DNA of 64,000 nucleotides from Verrucomicrobiota bacterium (GCA_016716505.1 JADJWF010000007.1:91-64090); one strand, 5' to 3'. Positions 1-10,233 are shown, numbered from the stretch's first letter. Numbers and translations: made by a program. The notes: generated from the sequence alone by a model not told the origin.

Positions 1-165
1 CCACCGCGGCCAGACAGCCGTAAAAGAAACACCCGCGTCCCCGGTTGGCGTGTTCGGAATTCATAGGAGGTTGGGTTCGCCGCTCCCAGGAGACTGCCCG
101 GTGCGCCGTCGGGCCTCAACGCCATTCTGCGCCCGGTCCGCGTGACGGGATGGCCAGCCCGGGGT

Positions 166-2943
166 TCAGTCGAAAGCCAGAATCACCTCGTTGTTCGTGG
201 CCACGGACCGGCCGCGAAAGCGCAGCTCCCCGTCGCCGAATCCGTGGAAGACGCGCACAGCCCGGCTCTGCGCGAGAGGAAGGTCATCCTCCGCCCGCAG
301 CGTGAAGAGCACCGGCTGCGGGTACGAAACGCCGTCCCACGTCGAGGCATGGAAGGCCAGGAAACGCGGGCCCGCCACCAGGAACCCGAACTGGGGCAGG
401 GCGACGTCACCTCCGAGAGGATGCCGCGCGTGGTGGACCGAACCGCCGAAGTTGACCGTCACGGTGACCGCGTCCTCCCCCTCGCCAAACATGCTCTCTT
501 GAACGGCGCGATCGGCCGTCAGAAATCGGTGCCGCGTCATGGGCGTCTGGGCGGTCAGCCGGTGGAGCGGGGACAACACCTCGTGGGTGTTTTTCACGAA
601 GCGGTCGTAGGGATGCAAGTTCTCCGCCCACCCGTGATCGCCGCGGGCGAACGAGGCCGTGCCGCCGGCGATTGCCGGCCGTTGCGATGGCGTGGCCACC
701 CAACGAATCCGGTCGCCGCGGACTTCGAGGCGCCCGACCTGGTACCGGCGTTCGCCGTCGTCCTCTCCGACCAGTTCGGCGCGACCGCTCTCGCGAAACA
801 GACCCACCCGCACTTGGTAGTCCTTGTCCGGCCCCGCGGGCAGGTCGAGCAGGGTCAACGCGGACTGAATCCGTCCCGGCCGCCAGCGCGACGTCGGCGT
901 CTGGGGCGCGTGGTCAGCCTGGCGAAGGATTTTCCCCTCGTCGTCCGTGAGATGCACGAAGACGCGCCAGTCTTCCGCGGGCGGGCGTTGAATGTCCCAC
1001 AGCCAGCTCACGAGCGCGGTGCGCGGGCCGATTTGATCCAGCTCGGGCGGCAACGGTGCCACCGCCAGCACTCCCGGGGCGGCCGGGGGTGTCCGCCAAT
1101 ACAGATGGGACGGGACATTGTGATGATGCAACGGACGACCGATGACCAGGTGGTGAAGCACGTAGGCCGCCGCGCGGTTGGGGTCGTAGCCGTACTTGCC
1201 GTAGAGGGCGATGCAATCGCGATAGACCAGTTCGAACAAGGGCACCACCACGCCGCCCAGTTTTTCGAGCAGCCCGGCGTCGTGGAAATATCCACCGCTG
1301 ACCCCGGCGAGCCCTTCGAAGAAGTCCGCGTGGGGAATCGCCCACTCGCGGCCACACTCGCTGCCGAACATGCCGAAAACCGACCGGGCGTAGTCCGAGA
1401 GTTCCTGTTTCCACCGCAGGTCATCCTGCCGCGTCAGCGGATGTTGTGGATCGAAACACTCCTGGAGGCCGGAAGCGTACGTGGTGTCTATGAAATAGGG
1501 GCCATCGCCGGCGAGACGGTGGACGGCTGGCAGATTCTCCGGTCGTTTGGCCAGGGCCAGTGCGGGTTGCGAACAAATCAGGTACGCGCGCCCGCCGAGC
1601 CATCTGCCGCCCACGGCGAGTTTCCCGTCGCGCTGCTTCATGATCAGGCGTTCGTCCCATGACGGCGAATCGCGATATATGTCCTGGTAGTTGTCGTGCA
1701 GGCTGACCAGATAGCCCGCCCGTTTGATCCGTTGCACGCAGTCCACGAAGGCCGCGTCGCCGCCGCATTCCGGCGCGGTGGGCAGGATGTCCGGGTGCTG
1801 GTTGTCGTAGCCGCGATGAATCCAACCGCCCAGGCCGAAGAGGACACGATCCAGTTGGAGATCATGCCGCAGGTGCTCGGCCACCTGTGCCGCTTCGTCG
1901 AACGTCCAGTTCACGCGCACGGATTCCTCTTGGGAGCTTTCTTCGTTCATCCGTCGCGCCAGGAGGGTCCAGAGCTTGAAGTTGGTCGCGCCGAAGAGGC
2001 GCGCCCGGTCGGGATTATCCCGGAGTTTGTCGTGCCACGTGACCCGCCAGCCCCGTTCGCGGGCCACGTCTCGGTACGCCTGCGCCACCGTGACGTGATC
2101 GCCTCGTCCGGGGAAGGCGAGGCGGAAACTCCGGGCGCTCGGGCGCAGGATCAGCGCCGGCGCCAGCGTCTGACTACCCGGATCCGCTCCCGCCGCCGGC
2201 AGGACGCTGGTCACCTCAGCGCGCACGTACGGGTCGGACCAGGAGATCAGCGCCGTCGCGCCCTGCTTTAGCACGCCCAGCATCGCCAGGTGGCAGCCCT
2301 CATAAGCATAGGTGTCGAAGCTGTGGGTGAAAGCCCGTCCGCTGTCAGCCGGAATGAGAATGCCTTCGCGCACCGGCACGAGCACCGCGCCTTGCTCGGC
2401 GTCGGTGACCCATAACGCGTCATCCAGCAGCCGGACGCTCTCGACGGACAGGCCCGGGTCGGCGGCCCAGGACCAATCCAGCGATCGGCCGTCCCGTCCG
2501 GCGCGCACCGTGACGCGCAGGTCGCCGGTTCCCGGCGCTTCGCCAACCCGGAAGCTCGCCGTCAACGTGTCGTCGCCAGTGAAGGCGAGCCGGCAGGCGG
2601 CGAGGGGTCTTCGCTCCAACTGGCCACCGGAGCGCAGCGTGACTTCGCCGAAGCGCGGTTGGCGCGCGTTGGACCTCCAGACCGTCCCGCCCTCCTTGTC
2701 TTCAATCGCATACGCGCCGGTGTCCTCCGTCCATCGGAAGCGAAGGAACCGGGTTTCGATCTCGCGCTCGGCGGCACCGGCGTTATCGGTCAGCATCAGC
2801 GAGACACTGACCACGGCGGCGGCGGCGGCGGGCCTCAAGCAAGGACGCCAGCCGAAGCGGCCGCATCCGCGGGCCAAACCACTTTCGTTACTCTTTGCCT
2901 GCTGCATGGCGCGGAACATCCCGCCGCGCCGACCCACGCCCAT
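166..2943 (-). CDS. secreted protein of unrecognised family (possibly glycoside-hydrolase-like)
   Basis: 925-codon ORF. Three in-frame ATGs (2943/2919/2907) precede a hydrophobic signal-like stretch (PAAAAAVVSVSLMLTDNAGAAE). The segment FGLGGWIHRGYDNQHPD...LHDNYQDIY gives only an impression of a TIM-barrel glycosidase. I cannot name the family. Confidence 0.6.
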   Translation of the reverse strand: MGVGRRGGMFRAMQQAKSNESGLARGCGRFGWRPCLRPAAAAAVVSVSLMLTDNAGAAEREIETRFLRFRWTEDTGAYAIEDKEGGTVWRSNARQPRFGEVTLRSGGQLERRPLAACRLAFTGDDTLTASFRVGEAPGTGDLRVTVRAGRDGRSLDWSWAADPGLSVESVRLLDDALWVTDAEQGAVLVPVREGILIPADSGRAFTHSFDTYAYEGCHLAMLGVLKQGATALISWSDPYVRAEVTSVLPAAGADPGSQTLAPALILRPSARSFRLAFPGRGDHVTVAQAYRDVARERGWRVTWHDKLRDNPDRARLFGATNFKLWTLLARRMNEESSQEESVRVNWTFDEAAQVAEHLRHDLQLDRVLFGLGGWIHRGYDNQHPDILPTAPECGGDAAFVDCVQRIKRAGYLVSLHDNYQDIYRDSPSWDERLIMKQRDGKLAVGGRWLGGRAYLICSQPALALAKRPENLPAVHRLAGDGPYFIDTTYASGLQECFDPQHPLTRQDDLRWKQELSDYARSVFGMFGSECGREWAIPHADFFEGLAGVSGGYFHDAGLLEKLGGVVVPLFELVYRDCIALYGKYGYDPNRAAAYVLHHLVIGRPLHHHNVPSHLYWRTPPAAPGVLAVAPLPPELDQIGPRTALVSWLWDIQRPPAEDWRVFVHLTDDEGKILRQADHAPQTPTSRWRPGRIQSALTLLDLPAGPDKDYQVRVGLFRESGRAELVGEDDGERRYQVGRLEVRGDRIRWVATPSQRPAIAGGTASFARGDHGWAENLHPYDRFVKNTHEVLSPLHRLTAQTPMTRHRFLTADRAVQESMFGEGEDAVTVTVNFGGSVHHARHPLGGDVALPQFGFLVAGPRFLAFHASTWDGVSYPQPVLFTLRAEDDLPLAQSRAVRVFHGFGDGELRFRGRSVATNNEVILAFD

Positions 2944-3018
2944 TGACGGGGGTCAAGCCCCGGCGGGCCAATTGCGCCCGGGCTGAGTTGTGCCATCCTA
3001 ACGCGCTCTGAATTGGCT

Positions 3019-3354
3019 ATGACGAAACCCAAGATCATCGCTTACCTGAAACCTACCTGTGGCTGGAGCAACGGCGTTCGGGCCGTGCTCCGCAAATACG
3101 ACCTGCCCTACGAGGACCGGGACATCATCAATGACCCGGCCCAGCGACAGGAAATGATCGAGAAAAGCGGGCAGATGTTGAGCCCGTGCGTGGAGATCAA
3201 TGGCCGGATGCTGGCGGACGTCAGCGGCGACGAAGTGGAAGCCTACCTGCTCCAGCAAGGGTTGGTGGAGCCCAATGGCCGCCAGGCGGACGCGCCCACC
3301 AACGCCCCGTGTGCCCATGAGATTCCGGTGAGCAGCGAAATCAGCTTCCGCTGA
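3019..3354 (+). CDS. glutaredoxin-family (thioredoxin-fold) protein
   Basis: The track start at 3013 is TTG. ATG at 3019 gives MTKPKIIAYLKPTCGWSNGVRAVLRKYDLPYEDRDI..., about 110 aa, with TCGWS at the active-site position of a glutaredoxin-like fold. Confidence 0.7.
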   Translation: MTKPKIIAYLKPTCGWSNGVRAVLRKYDLPYEDRDIINDPAQRQEMIEKSGQMLSPCVEINGRMLADVSGDEVEAYLLQQGLVEPNGRQADAPTNAPCAHEIPVSSEISFR

Positions 3355-3429
3355 GCCGCGTCTGGCTGGGCGCGGTATCCCCACCACTTGTCCGCGGCCA
3401 GATTGGGTTGCGCGGTGGGGGTGATGTGA

Positions 3430-4719
3430 ATGTCGGCGATTCGTTCCCCATCCAATCCCGCCGTTATGATGAAATCTTGCTCCCCGGGTCGTCTCGTCGC
3501 GGCGGTCTTGACCATCGTCCTTCCGACCGCACTGGCGGCGGACTGGCCCCAGTGGCGTGGCCCCAACCGAGATGGCCTCTCCGCGGAAACGGGCTTGCTG
3601 AAAGAGTGGCCCGCCGAGGGTCCGCCGCTGGTTTGGACGGCAAAAGGTCTGGGCGGTGGCTATACCACCCCGTCTATCACCCAAGGGCGAATCTTTGGCC
3701 TCGGCTATCGCGGCGACGACGAGGTCGCCTGGGCGCTGGATGAGGCGACGGGCAGGGAGCTTTGGGCCACGAAGACGACCGACGCGAATCGGCGGGTGGG
3801 CTATCCGGAAGGTCCCCGGTCCACGCCCACGGTGGACGGCGACCGGTTGTACTTCATTGGTGCCGGCGGCAACCTGGTCTGCTTGGACACCAGAACGGGC
3901 AAGCTGGTTTGGACCAAGGATTTGGTGAGAGACTTCGGCGGCAAGATGATGTCCGGGTGGGGCTATTCCGAGTCGCCGTTGGTGGACGGGGAGAAGGTGG
4001 TTTGCACGCCCGGCGGGCCGCAGGGAACGGTGGCGGCCTTCAACAAGGCCACAGGTGACTTGTTGTGGCAGAGCCGCGAGATTACCGATGACGCGGCCTA
4101 CTCGTCGCTGGTGATCGCCAACTTCGGAGGCCGGCGTCAGTATGTTCAGCTCACTGCCGCCAGCGTCTTCGGCGTCGCCGCCGACACCGGGAAATTGCTG
4201 TGGCGGGCTCCACGGTCGGGACGCACCGCCGTGATCCCCACTCCGATCCTGCATGACGACCTGGTGTACGTGACCTCGGGCTACGGGGTCGGCTGCAATC
4301 TTTTCCGGGTCAGCGCGGAGGGTGGATCCTTCAAAGCGGAGGAACTGTACAACAACAAGGTGATGGTGAACCACCACGGCGGCGTCGTGAAGCTGGGCGA
4401 GCACCTCTACGGCTTTTCCGACGGCAAGGGCTGGACCTGCCAGGAATTAAAGACTGGCAAGGAGGTCTGGCAGGAGAAGGACAAGCTCGGCAAGGGGGCA
4501 ATCGGTTACGCGGATGGCCATCTCTATCTGCGCTTCGAGAGCGGTCCGGGTACGGTGGTCCTGATCGAGGCGACGCCGGAAGGCTTCAAGGAAAAGGGTC
4601 GGTTCAATCAGCCCGAGCGCAGCGGGAAAAACAGTTGGCCCCACCCCATCGTCGTCAACGGCAAGCTCTACCTGCGGGATCAGGATGTGCTGCTCTGCTA
4701 CGACGTGCGGGCGCAGTAG
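3430..4719 (+). CDS. PQQ-like (BamB-like) beta-propeller repeat protein, secreted
   Basis: Signal peptide (MMKSCSPGRLVAAVLTIVLPTALA) followed by ADWPQWRGPNRDG and repeated propeller-blade patterns. The start is either 3430 or 3466. Confidence 0.8.
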   Translation: MSAIRSPSNPAVMMKSCSPGRLVAAVLTIVLPTALAADWPQWRGPNRDGLSAETGLLKEWPAEGPPLVWTAKGLGGGYTTPSITQGRIFGLGYRGDDEVAWALDEATGRELWATKTTDANRRVGYPEGPRSTPTVDGDRLYFIGAGGNLVCLDTRTGKLVWTKDLVRDFGGKMMSGWGYSESPLVDGEKVVCTPGGPQGTVAAFNKATGDLLWQSREITDDAAYSSLVIANFGGRRQYVQLTAASVFGVAADTGKLLWRAPRSGRTAVIPTPILHDDLVYVTSGYGVGCNLFRVSAEGGSFKAEELYNNKVMVNHHGGVVKLGEHLYGFSDGKGWTCQELKTGKEVWQEKDKLGKGAIGYADGHLYLRFESGPGTVVLIEATPEGFKEKGRFNQPERSGKNSWPHPIVVNGKLYLRDQDVLLCYDVRAQ

Positions 4720-4776
4720 CTTCCGGCGCCCCTCCTCCGCCCCTCCGCTTCCGGTCGGCGGCCGACCGATGGCGCT

Positions 4777-5766
4777 TCACCAGCCGTGTTGGAGCCACGC
4801 GGCGTAACGCTGGTCCAGTTCGTCCGGCGAGAGCCGGCGGTCGGAAGCGATGACCAGGTAGTCCAGCGCGAATCGTTCTCCCTGCGGATACGTCAACGGC
4901 GCGCGGTCGAGTTCCTGCGTGGCGGAGAGGTAGGCGAACCCGTTCAACATGCTGAAGAAAACGCTCCGTCCCGCGTTGGACGGTTGATCAAACATCGCCA
5001 CCGTCACGTCCCGGCTGCCGATGGTTTGCGTCATGGCGGTCCAGTCGGCGGGCGTGGTCTCGTTGCCGGCGTTCGGCGCGGTGTACGGGGCGCGGGCGGA
5101 GTTCCACCGCACCGCCGAGCCGTCGAAGGCTCGCGCGAATCTCAAGCCCAAGCCGAAATACACGGACCCACTGAGCGTGACCGCGGGCGCCCCCTGACCG
5201 GCGGTGAACGCGCCCTGCCAGCGGACGGCCACTTCTCCGCGGGGCTCATCCACCGTTATCGTCAAGGTGCGGAGCTCTTCGAGGAGGGCCACCGGCCGCG
5301 TGTCTGCCAGGCCGCGATGCTGTCGCGCCACCCAGTGAAGCGGTTGGCGGATGACGACCCGCGGCAGACGGTCCCTGCCCGAGGTGGCTTCCACCGACGG
5401 CCGGGCGAGGGGTTTCTGCACGCCCGGATCGTTGGCCTCTTCCCAGAAGTTGGTCCCGTTGACCGCGATGGCGTACATGAGGCCGTGGTGGTGAAGATGA
5501 TCCGCCGGAGCGTCGAGCAGCACATTCTCCCCGCCCAGCGTCCACAATTCCTTGACGTAGGGCTTCCACTGATTGCTGGCGAAGGCGTACACCAGCACCG
5601 GCCTCTCCTTGAACAGCACGGCAAGCCGACCGGCGGCCGTATCGGTCTGAACCCGCAGGTGGTCGCTGATCGTTTCCGAGGTTTGTGCGTCGGCTGGTTG
5701 TGGCGGTGCCAGCAGGGCAAGGGCAGCCATGACGGTGGCGCAGCGGGAAAAGACGAAGTGCTTCAT
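4777..5766 (-). CDS. PmoA-like / DUF6807-type family protein, secreted
   Basis: Internal ATG at 5766 (MKHFVFSRCATVMAALALLAPPQPADA). The motif PADHLHHHGLMYAIAVNGTNFWEE is typical of this family. The 85 upstream codons of the track ORF are Arg/Pro-rich and look non-coding. Confidence 0.75.
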   Translation of the reverse strand: MKHFVFSRCATVMAALALLAPPQPADAQTSETISDHLRVQTDTAAGRLAVLFKERPVLVYAFASNQWKPYVKELWTLGGENVLLDAPADHLHHHGLMYAIAVNGTNFWEEANDPGVQKPLARPSVEATSGRDRLPRVVIRQPLHWVARQHRGLADTRPVALLEELRTLTITVDEPRGEVAVRWQGAFTAGQGAPAVTLSGSVYFGLGLRFARAFDGSAVRWNSARAPYTAPNAGNETTPADWTAMTQTIGSRDVTVAMFDQPSNAGRSVFFSMLNGFAYLSATQELDRAPLTYPQGERFALDYLVIASDRRLSPDELDQRYAAWLQHGW

Positions 5767-6388
5767 GGATCGTACCGTGCCGGAAAGCGCCCGCCTTGGC
5801 AAAGCAAACGGGATTCGATTCGCGGGCGGTTTCCCGATGGGCCAGCAGGTCTCGTACAACCACAGGGCAGGAGGCAGGCGATCACTTCGTCCCTTTCCGG
5901 GCACGGCCCGCGCTGCGGCCCTCGCAATTGGATGCCGGCTGGAGAATCTGGCATGCCGCTGGCGCGTTGCCGAGTCTCGCCGGGGCTGACAGGGGTCGGT
6001 GTGTAAGGTTCCGGCGGCCACTGGTGGCGTCGTTCACGCTGCGGCCCGATCGGAGGGGACGATTGCTCCTCACAGGAGCGAACATCGAGCCGTTCGCCGC
6101 ACTGCCCGGGCCCGGCCGCCGAGCATTCCTGACAAACATCTCGCCCCTCGCTCGTGGCTCGGCGCCGGCCGGGCGTTGGTGCCGCCCGACTTCCCACGAC
6201 GGGCTGAGCCTTCTGGGGATTCGGCTCAGGGTCGGGGCGGGCTTGGGTTCAATGCGCAGTGAGAACCGCCACCGGATGACGGCGGCGGCCAGACCCCAGG
6301 GGTCCAGGGCTTCAGGACCAAGCCGGGCAGCCGAACGGCTTCCAGCTTCCCGCGCTAGCGCGGTCCGCCGGTCGCCCCGCAGGCGGGA

Positions 6389-7159
6389 TCACATCCCCAT
6401 GATTTGATAGCCGCAGTCCACGTAGATCACCTGTCCGGTGATGGCGGCGGCTCCGTCACTGGCGAGGAAGACGCCGGTGGCCCCGAGCTCCTCCGGCAAC
6501 AGGTTGCGGCGCAGCGGCGCGCGTTCCTCGTACTGCTTGAGCATCGCCGTAAAACCCGAGATCCCGCGGGCGGCCAGGGTGTTGACCGGGCCGGCGCTGA
6601 TGCAATTGACGCGGATCTTCAGGGGGCCGAGGTCATAGGCGAGGTAGCGAGTGCAGGCCTCGAGGGAGGCTTTGGCCACGCCCATGACGTTGTAGTGCGG
6701 AACCACCTTTTCCGCGCCGTAGTAGCTCATGCCGATGATGCTCCCGCCCTCGGTCATCAACGGCGCCGCCGCCCGGGCGATGGCCACCAAGGAGTAGGCG
6801 CTGACGTCGTGAGCGATGCGGAAGGCTTCGCGGCTGGTGTTCAGGAATTTGCCCTCCAGGGCATCTTTGGGCGCGAAGGCCACCGAATGCAGGACCAGAT
6901 GCAGGCGGCCATACTTGGCGCGCACCGCTTCGAACACCGCGGCGATCTGTTCGTCCTTCGTGACATCGCAGGGCAGGATGAGAGTGTCCGGGCCGAAGGT
7001 GGCGGCCAGTTCCTCGACATTTTCCTTGAGCCGTTCTCCCTGGTAGGTGAAGGCCAGGGTAGCGCCTTCCCGTGACCAGGCCTGGGCGATGGCCCACGCG
7101 ATCGAGCGCTTGTTCGCGACCCCAAAGACCAGGCCGATTTTTCCGGCGAGCAGAGACAT
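6389..7159 (-). CDS. fabI: enoyl-[acyl-carrier-protein] reductase (NADH)
   Basis: ATG at 7159 gives MSLLAGKIGLVFGVANKRSIAWAIAQAW..., 256 aa, with a classic FabI N-terminus and length. Confidence 0.92.
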   Translation of the reverse strand: MSLLAGKIGLVFGVANKRSIAWAIAQAWSREGATLAFTYQGERLKENVEELAATFGPDTLILPCDVTKDEQIAAVFEAVRAKYGRLHLVLHSVAFAPKDALEGKFLNTSREAFRIAHDVSAYSLVAIARAAAPLMTEGGSIIGMSYYGAEKVVPHYNVMGVAKASLEACTRYLAYDLGPLKIRVNCISAGPVNTLAARGISGFTAMLKQYEERAPLRRNLLPEELGATGVFLASDGAAAITGQVIYVDCGYQIMGM

Positions 7160-7297
7160 GATCGTTTCCTTGAACTGGCGGGGAATAGCGTTAGGGGCGC
7201 TGGGGGCGGGTGGCAAGGTTGGAAATGCCCCACGCCAGGGGAGCACGACCACCGACGCCGTTAATCGCCGCGGCGCCGAGTTGCGTCGGAGCGGACT

Positions 7298-8647
7298 TCA
7301 GTCGAGGAAGAGTGAGACCAACTTGCCGGCCACCGCGTCCGTCGCTTGAAAGGCGCGGTCGCCGCCGATGTTGGTCACGATGACCATCGCGAAATCCCGG
7401 TCCGGCGCGAGCCAGACATTCGCGTACCACTGGGTGTTCGAGCCGGTATGGCTGAAGGTCCGCCCACCCGCCCAAGGCCGCGAGCCCACCACCCAGCCCA
7501 AGGCGTAGCCCTGACCGGCCACGTCCGCGTGGAGTTTGCGGAAGGTGGCGGTGGACATGAGCCGACCACGGCCGAGTTCGCCGGCGACATGAAAGGCGGC
7601 GTACCGTGCGAGGTCGAGCAATGAGCAATGCACGGTCGCCGCCGGCCCGATGCCGGGCGGGTTGTCAGCCGAGGTGCCCGGTTCCACCGGAACGGGAGTC
7701 GTGCCGCTGAAGGTGTGACCCCACGGCTGATTGATGTGGCGGGGTGTGGCCGGCACGCCGAAACCGGCGCTGGCAAGGCTCAGCGGCTGAAAGAGCTTCT
7801 CGGTCAGCAGGTCCTCCCAACTGCGGTTCATCACTTCCTCGAGCATGGCCCCCGCGAGTGCGAAGCCGGCGTTCGAATAGATGTAGGCGGTGCCGGGCTT
7901 GGCCGACGGCGGGAGGGGCGTCAGCTTTTCCAGCAGGAAGCGGCGCTGTTCGCGCGGCGTCCCCTTGTGGTTCCAAAGCTGCGACCAAATGCCGCTCGGG
8001 TTCAGGTCGTGGGGCGCGCCGCTCCGGTTCGAGAGCAACTGCTCCAAGGTGACCGTCTTCCAGTCCGCGTGCATCGCAGGGGCCGCGTCGGGGAAAACCT
8101 CCGCGAGCTTGGTTTGCCAGGTCAGACGCCCCTCATCCACAAGAATTCCCGCCAGGGTGGCGGTGAAAGATTTGGTGACCGAACCGAGGTGCCACTTGTC
8201 GGTCAGCGTCACCGGCTCGCTCACCCCGTGTTTGCGCACGCCCACGACACCAACGCCGACGATGCGATTCGACCGGACGACTGCACAGGCCAGCGCCGGG
8301 ACGTTGAACTGGGTGCGGATGGGCGCCAGGTCGGTGTTGAGATCGCGGACGGGGAATTCTTCCAGGCGAAAGAATCTTTGCTCGTCACCCGCCGCCGGGA
8401 GGAGTCGGGCGATCAAGCCTTGGCCGGCGATCACGGGCGAATCGAGGTCGTTCCAATTCCCGGGATTCCCCGTCGTCTGCAACTGATAGCCGAGGCCGTC
8501 AGCCGCTTGGAAACGCAACTCGACTGCCGGCGCAATGGTCAGCTCCGCGGCGGCCAACCGACCCGTCAGCGCCGCCACCAGCGAGAGGGCCAGGTAAATG
8601 GCGCGGTCCGGGTCAGGAGTCCGGCGTATCGCCGCAAGCTGATTCAT
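7298..8647 (-). CDS. serine hydrolase / class C beta-lactamase-family protein with an N-terminal FFRL-type module
   Basis: ATG at 8647 (MNQLAAIRR...). SxxK motif SVTK and YSN motif (IYSNAGFALAG). The upstream 240 codons of track ORF 7298..9367 are an out-of-frame same-strand reading across the 3' part of metY. Confidence 0.85.
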   Translation of the reverse strand: MNQLAAIRRTPDPDRAIYLALSLVAALTGRLAAAELTIAPAVELRFQAADGLGYQLQTTGNPGNWNDLDSPVIAGQGLIARLLPAAGDEQRFFRLEEFPVRDLNTDLAPIRTQFNVPALACAVVRSNRIVGVGVVGVRKHGVSEPVTLTDKWHLGSVTKSFTATLAGILVDEGRLTWQTKLAEVFPDAAPAMHADWKTVTLEQLLSNRSGAPHDLNPSGIWSQLWNHKGTPREQRRFLLEKLTPLPPSAKPGTAYIYSNAGFALAGAMLEEVMNRSWEDLLTEKLFQPLSLASAGFGVPATPRHINQPWGHTFSGTTPVPVEPGTSADNPPGIGPAATVHCSLLDLARYAAFHVAGELGRGRLMSTATFRKLHADVAGQGYALGWVVGSRPWAGGRTFSHTGSNTQWYANVWLAPDRDFAMVIVTNIGGDRAFQATDAVAGKLVSLFLD

Positions 8648-8665
8648 GGCCACCAAGGGAGCGTG

Positions 8666-8686
8666 GAGTTGCCGGGTTGGCAACTC
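8666..8686 (-). other. perfect 8-bp-stem hairpin between metY and the hydrolase gene
   Basis: gagttgcc-gggtt-ggcaactc. It lies about 38 nt after the metY stop and 19 nt before the ATG at 8647. There is no U-tract. Confidence 0.3.
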
Positions 8687-8723
8687 GCTCGTTGGTGGAG
8701 AAACGGGACTGCGGGGTGTTGGC

Positions 8724-10010
8724 TCAAGCCGCCGCCCGCAGCGCCTGATCCAGGTCAGCGAGGATGTCCTCGATGCTCTCGATGCCGATGCTGAGCCGCA
8801 CCAGATCGGGCGTGATGCCGCCGGCCAGTTGCTGCTCTTCCGACAATTGCGAGTGGGTGGTCGTAGCGCTGTGGATGGCGAGCGACTTGGCATCGCCGAC
8901 GTTCGCAAGGTGGGAGAACAACTTGAGCGCCTCGATAAACTTCTGTCCGGCCGCCTTGCCACCCTTGATGCCGAACACGACCATCGCGCCGCCCTTGCCG
9001 CGCAGGTATTTTTGATTCTTCGCGAACTGCGGATCGTCCGGCAAACCGGGGTAGCGCACCCACGAAACCCCGGGGTGTTGACGCAGGTGCTTCGCCACGG
9101 CGAGGGCATTCGCGCAATGCCGCTCCATCCGGAGTGGCAGCGTCTCGATGCCCTGCAAAAACATCCACGAATTGTCGGGCGAGATGCAGGCTCCCAGGTT
9201 GCGCAACGGGACCGTGCGCATCCGCAGGATGAAGGCCAATGGCCGGAGCATGTCCGGCAGATCAAGCCCCCAGCGGAGGCCGTGGTAGGAGTTGTCCGGC
9301 TGGGTGTAAAGCGCATGCTTGCCCGCCGCCCAATTGAAACGGCCGCTGTCCACCACCACGCCGCCAATGCCCGTTCCGTGTCCGCCCAGCCATTTGGTCA
9401 GGGAGTGGATGACGACATCGGCGCCGTGAGCGATGGGCTGCGTCAAATACGGCGTGGAGAAGGTCGAGTCCACGAGCAGCGGCAGCCCGGCGGCATGGGC
9501 GATCTCTGCGACGGCCTCCAGGTCGGTCACTTCAAGAGCGGGGTTCGAGACCGTTTCGCAGAACAGCGCCCGGGTCCGGTCGTCAATCGCGCGGGCGAAG
9601 TTCTGCGGGTCGTTCGAGTCCACGAACTTCACGGTGATCCCCAGGGTCGGCAGGATGTCGTTGAACATCGTGTAGGTGCCGCCGTAGAGGTTGCGGGCGG
9701 AGACGATGTTGTCGCCCGCCTGGGCGAGGTTGATCACCGAGTAAAAAACGCCGCTGGTGCCGGACGCCACCCCCAAGCCACCGAACTCCGGCGCCCCCTC
9801 GAGAAGGGCGACGCGCTTTTCCAGCACGTCCGTGGTGGGATTCATCAGCCGCGTGTAGATGTTCCCCAGTTCTTTGAGGGCAAACAGGTTGGCGGCGTGC
9901 GCCGTGTCGCGGAAAACGTAGGACGAAGTGCGGTAAACGGGCACCGCGCGGGACAAAGTGGTCGGATCCGGCTGCGTGCCGCCGTGGAGACAAAGGGTTT
10001 CAAAGTTCAT
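8724..10010 (-). CDS. metY: O-acetylhomoserine aminocarboxypropyltransferase / sulfhydrylase
   Basis: ATG at 10010 gives MNFETLCLHGGTQPDPTTLSRAVPVYRTSSYVFRDTAHAANLFALKELGNIYTRLMNPT..., 428 aa, PLP-dependent Cys/Met-metabolism family. Confidence 0.9.
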   Translation of the reverse strand: MNFETLCLHGGTQPDPTTLSRAVPVYRTSSYVFRDTAHAANLFALKELGNIYTRLMNPTTDVLEKRVALLEGAPEFGGLGVASGTSGVFYSVINLAQAGDNIVSARNLYGGTYTMFNDILPTLGITVKFVDSNDPQNFARAIDDRTRALFCETVSNPALEVTDLEAVAEIAHAAGLPLLVDSTFSTPYLTQPIAHGADVVIHSLTKWLGGHGTGIGGVVVDSGRFNWAAGKHALYTQPDNSYHGLRWGLDLPDMLRPLAFILRMRTVPLRNLGACISPDNSWMFLQGIETLPLRMERHCANALAVAKHLRQHPGVSWVRYPGLPDDPQFAKNQKYLRGKGGAMVVFGIKGGKAAGQKFIEALKLFSHLANVGDAKSLAIHSATTTHSQLSEEQQLAGGITPDLVRLSIGIESIEDILADLDQALRAAA

Positions 10011-10233
10011 GGGCCGCGAAAAATACGCCAGCCGGGCGCTCACGCAACCGGGTTCTAAACAGCCGAAGGCCGCGGCCAGCCAATCAATCCACCCCGCTGG
10101 GCGCAAGCGGCCCGACCTTCAAGGTGGGCCGGCGGGTGTTTGCGCCTTTCATGCAGCGCAGTCCATCCTGTCTCCGAGTCGTCGTCCCGTCCTGTGCGGT
10201 GAATGGTTGGGCGGCTGGACGACCCGACAACCT

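Noticed and set aside
142-1662. 506-aa plus-strand ORF, plus 2998..4404 (minus, 468 aa), 8646..10058 (plus, 470 aa), 14006..15289 (plus), 21373..22734 (minus), 25994..27142 (plus), 42568..44232 (plus), 52260..53783 (minus), 55826..56743 (minus), 61653..63170 (minus) and 63080..63994 (minus)
   Set aside because: Each lies opposite a gene with clear family motifs and translates to compositionally biased sequence. None has a signal, a domain or a paralog supporting it.
6199-6260. tmRNA-like 5' motif (gggctgagccttctggggattcggc) and a gggttcaatgc T-loop-like string
   Set aside because: The resemblance covers only about 20 nt. There is no acceptor-stem partner, no tag reading frame and no CCA-adjacent 3' element, and a full-length tmRNA would run into fabI. 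The 12-mer ggttcaatgcgc recurs at about 63334, but chance repeats of that length are expected in 64 kb.
7298-9367. Upstream extensions of track ORFs: 7298..9367, 12815..13897, 24135..25811, 58436..59764, 4777..6021, 28251..30284 and 54321..55190
   Set aside because: The recognisable protein begins at an internal start. The extension overlaps the neighbouring gene in another frame or strand, or reads as Arg/Pro-rich junk. I trimmed these ORFs to the internal starts.
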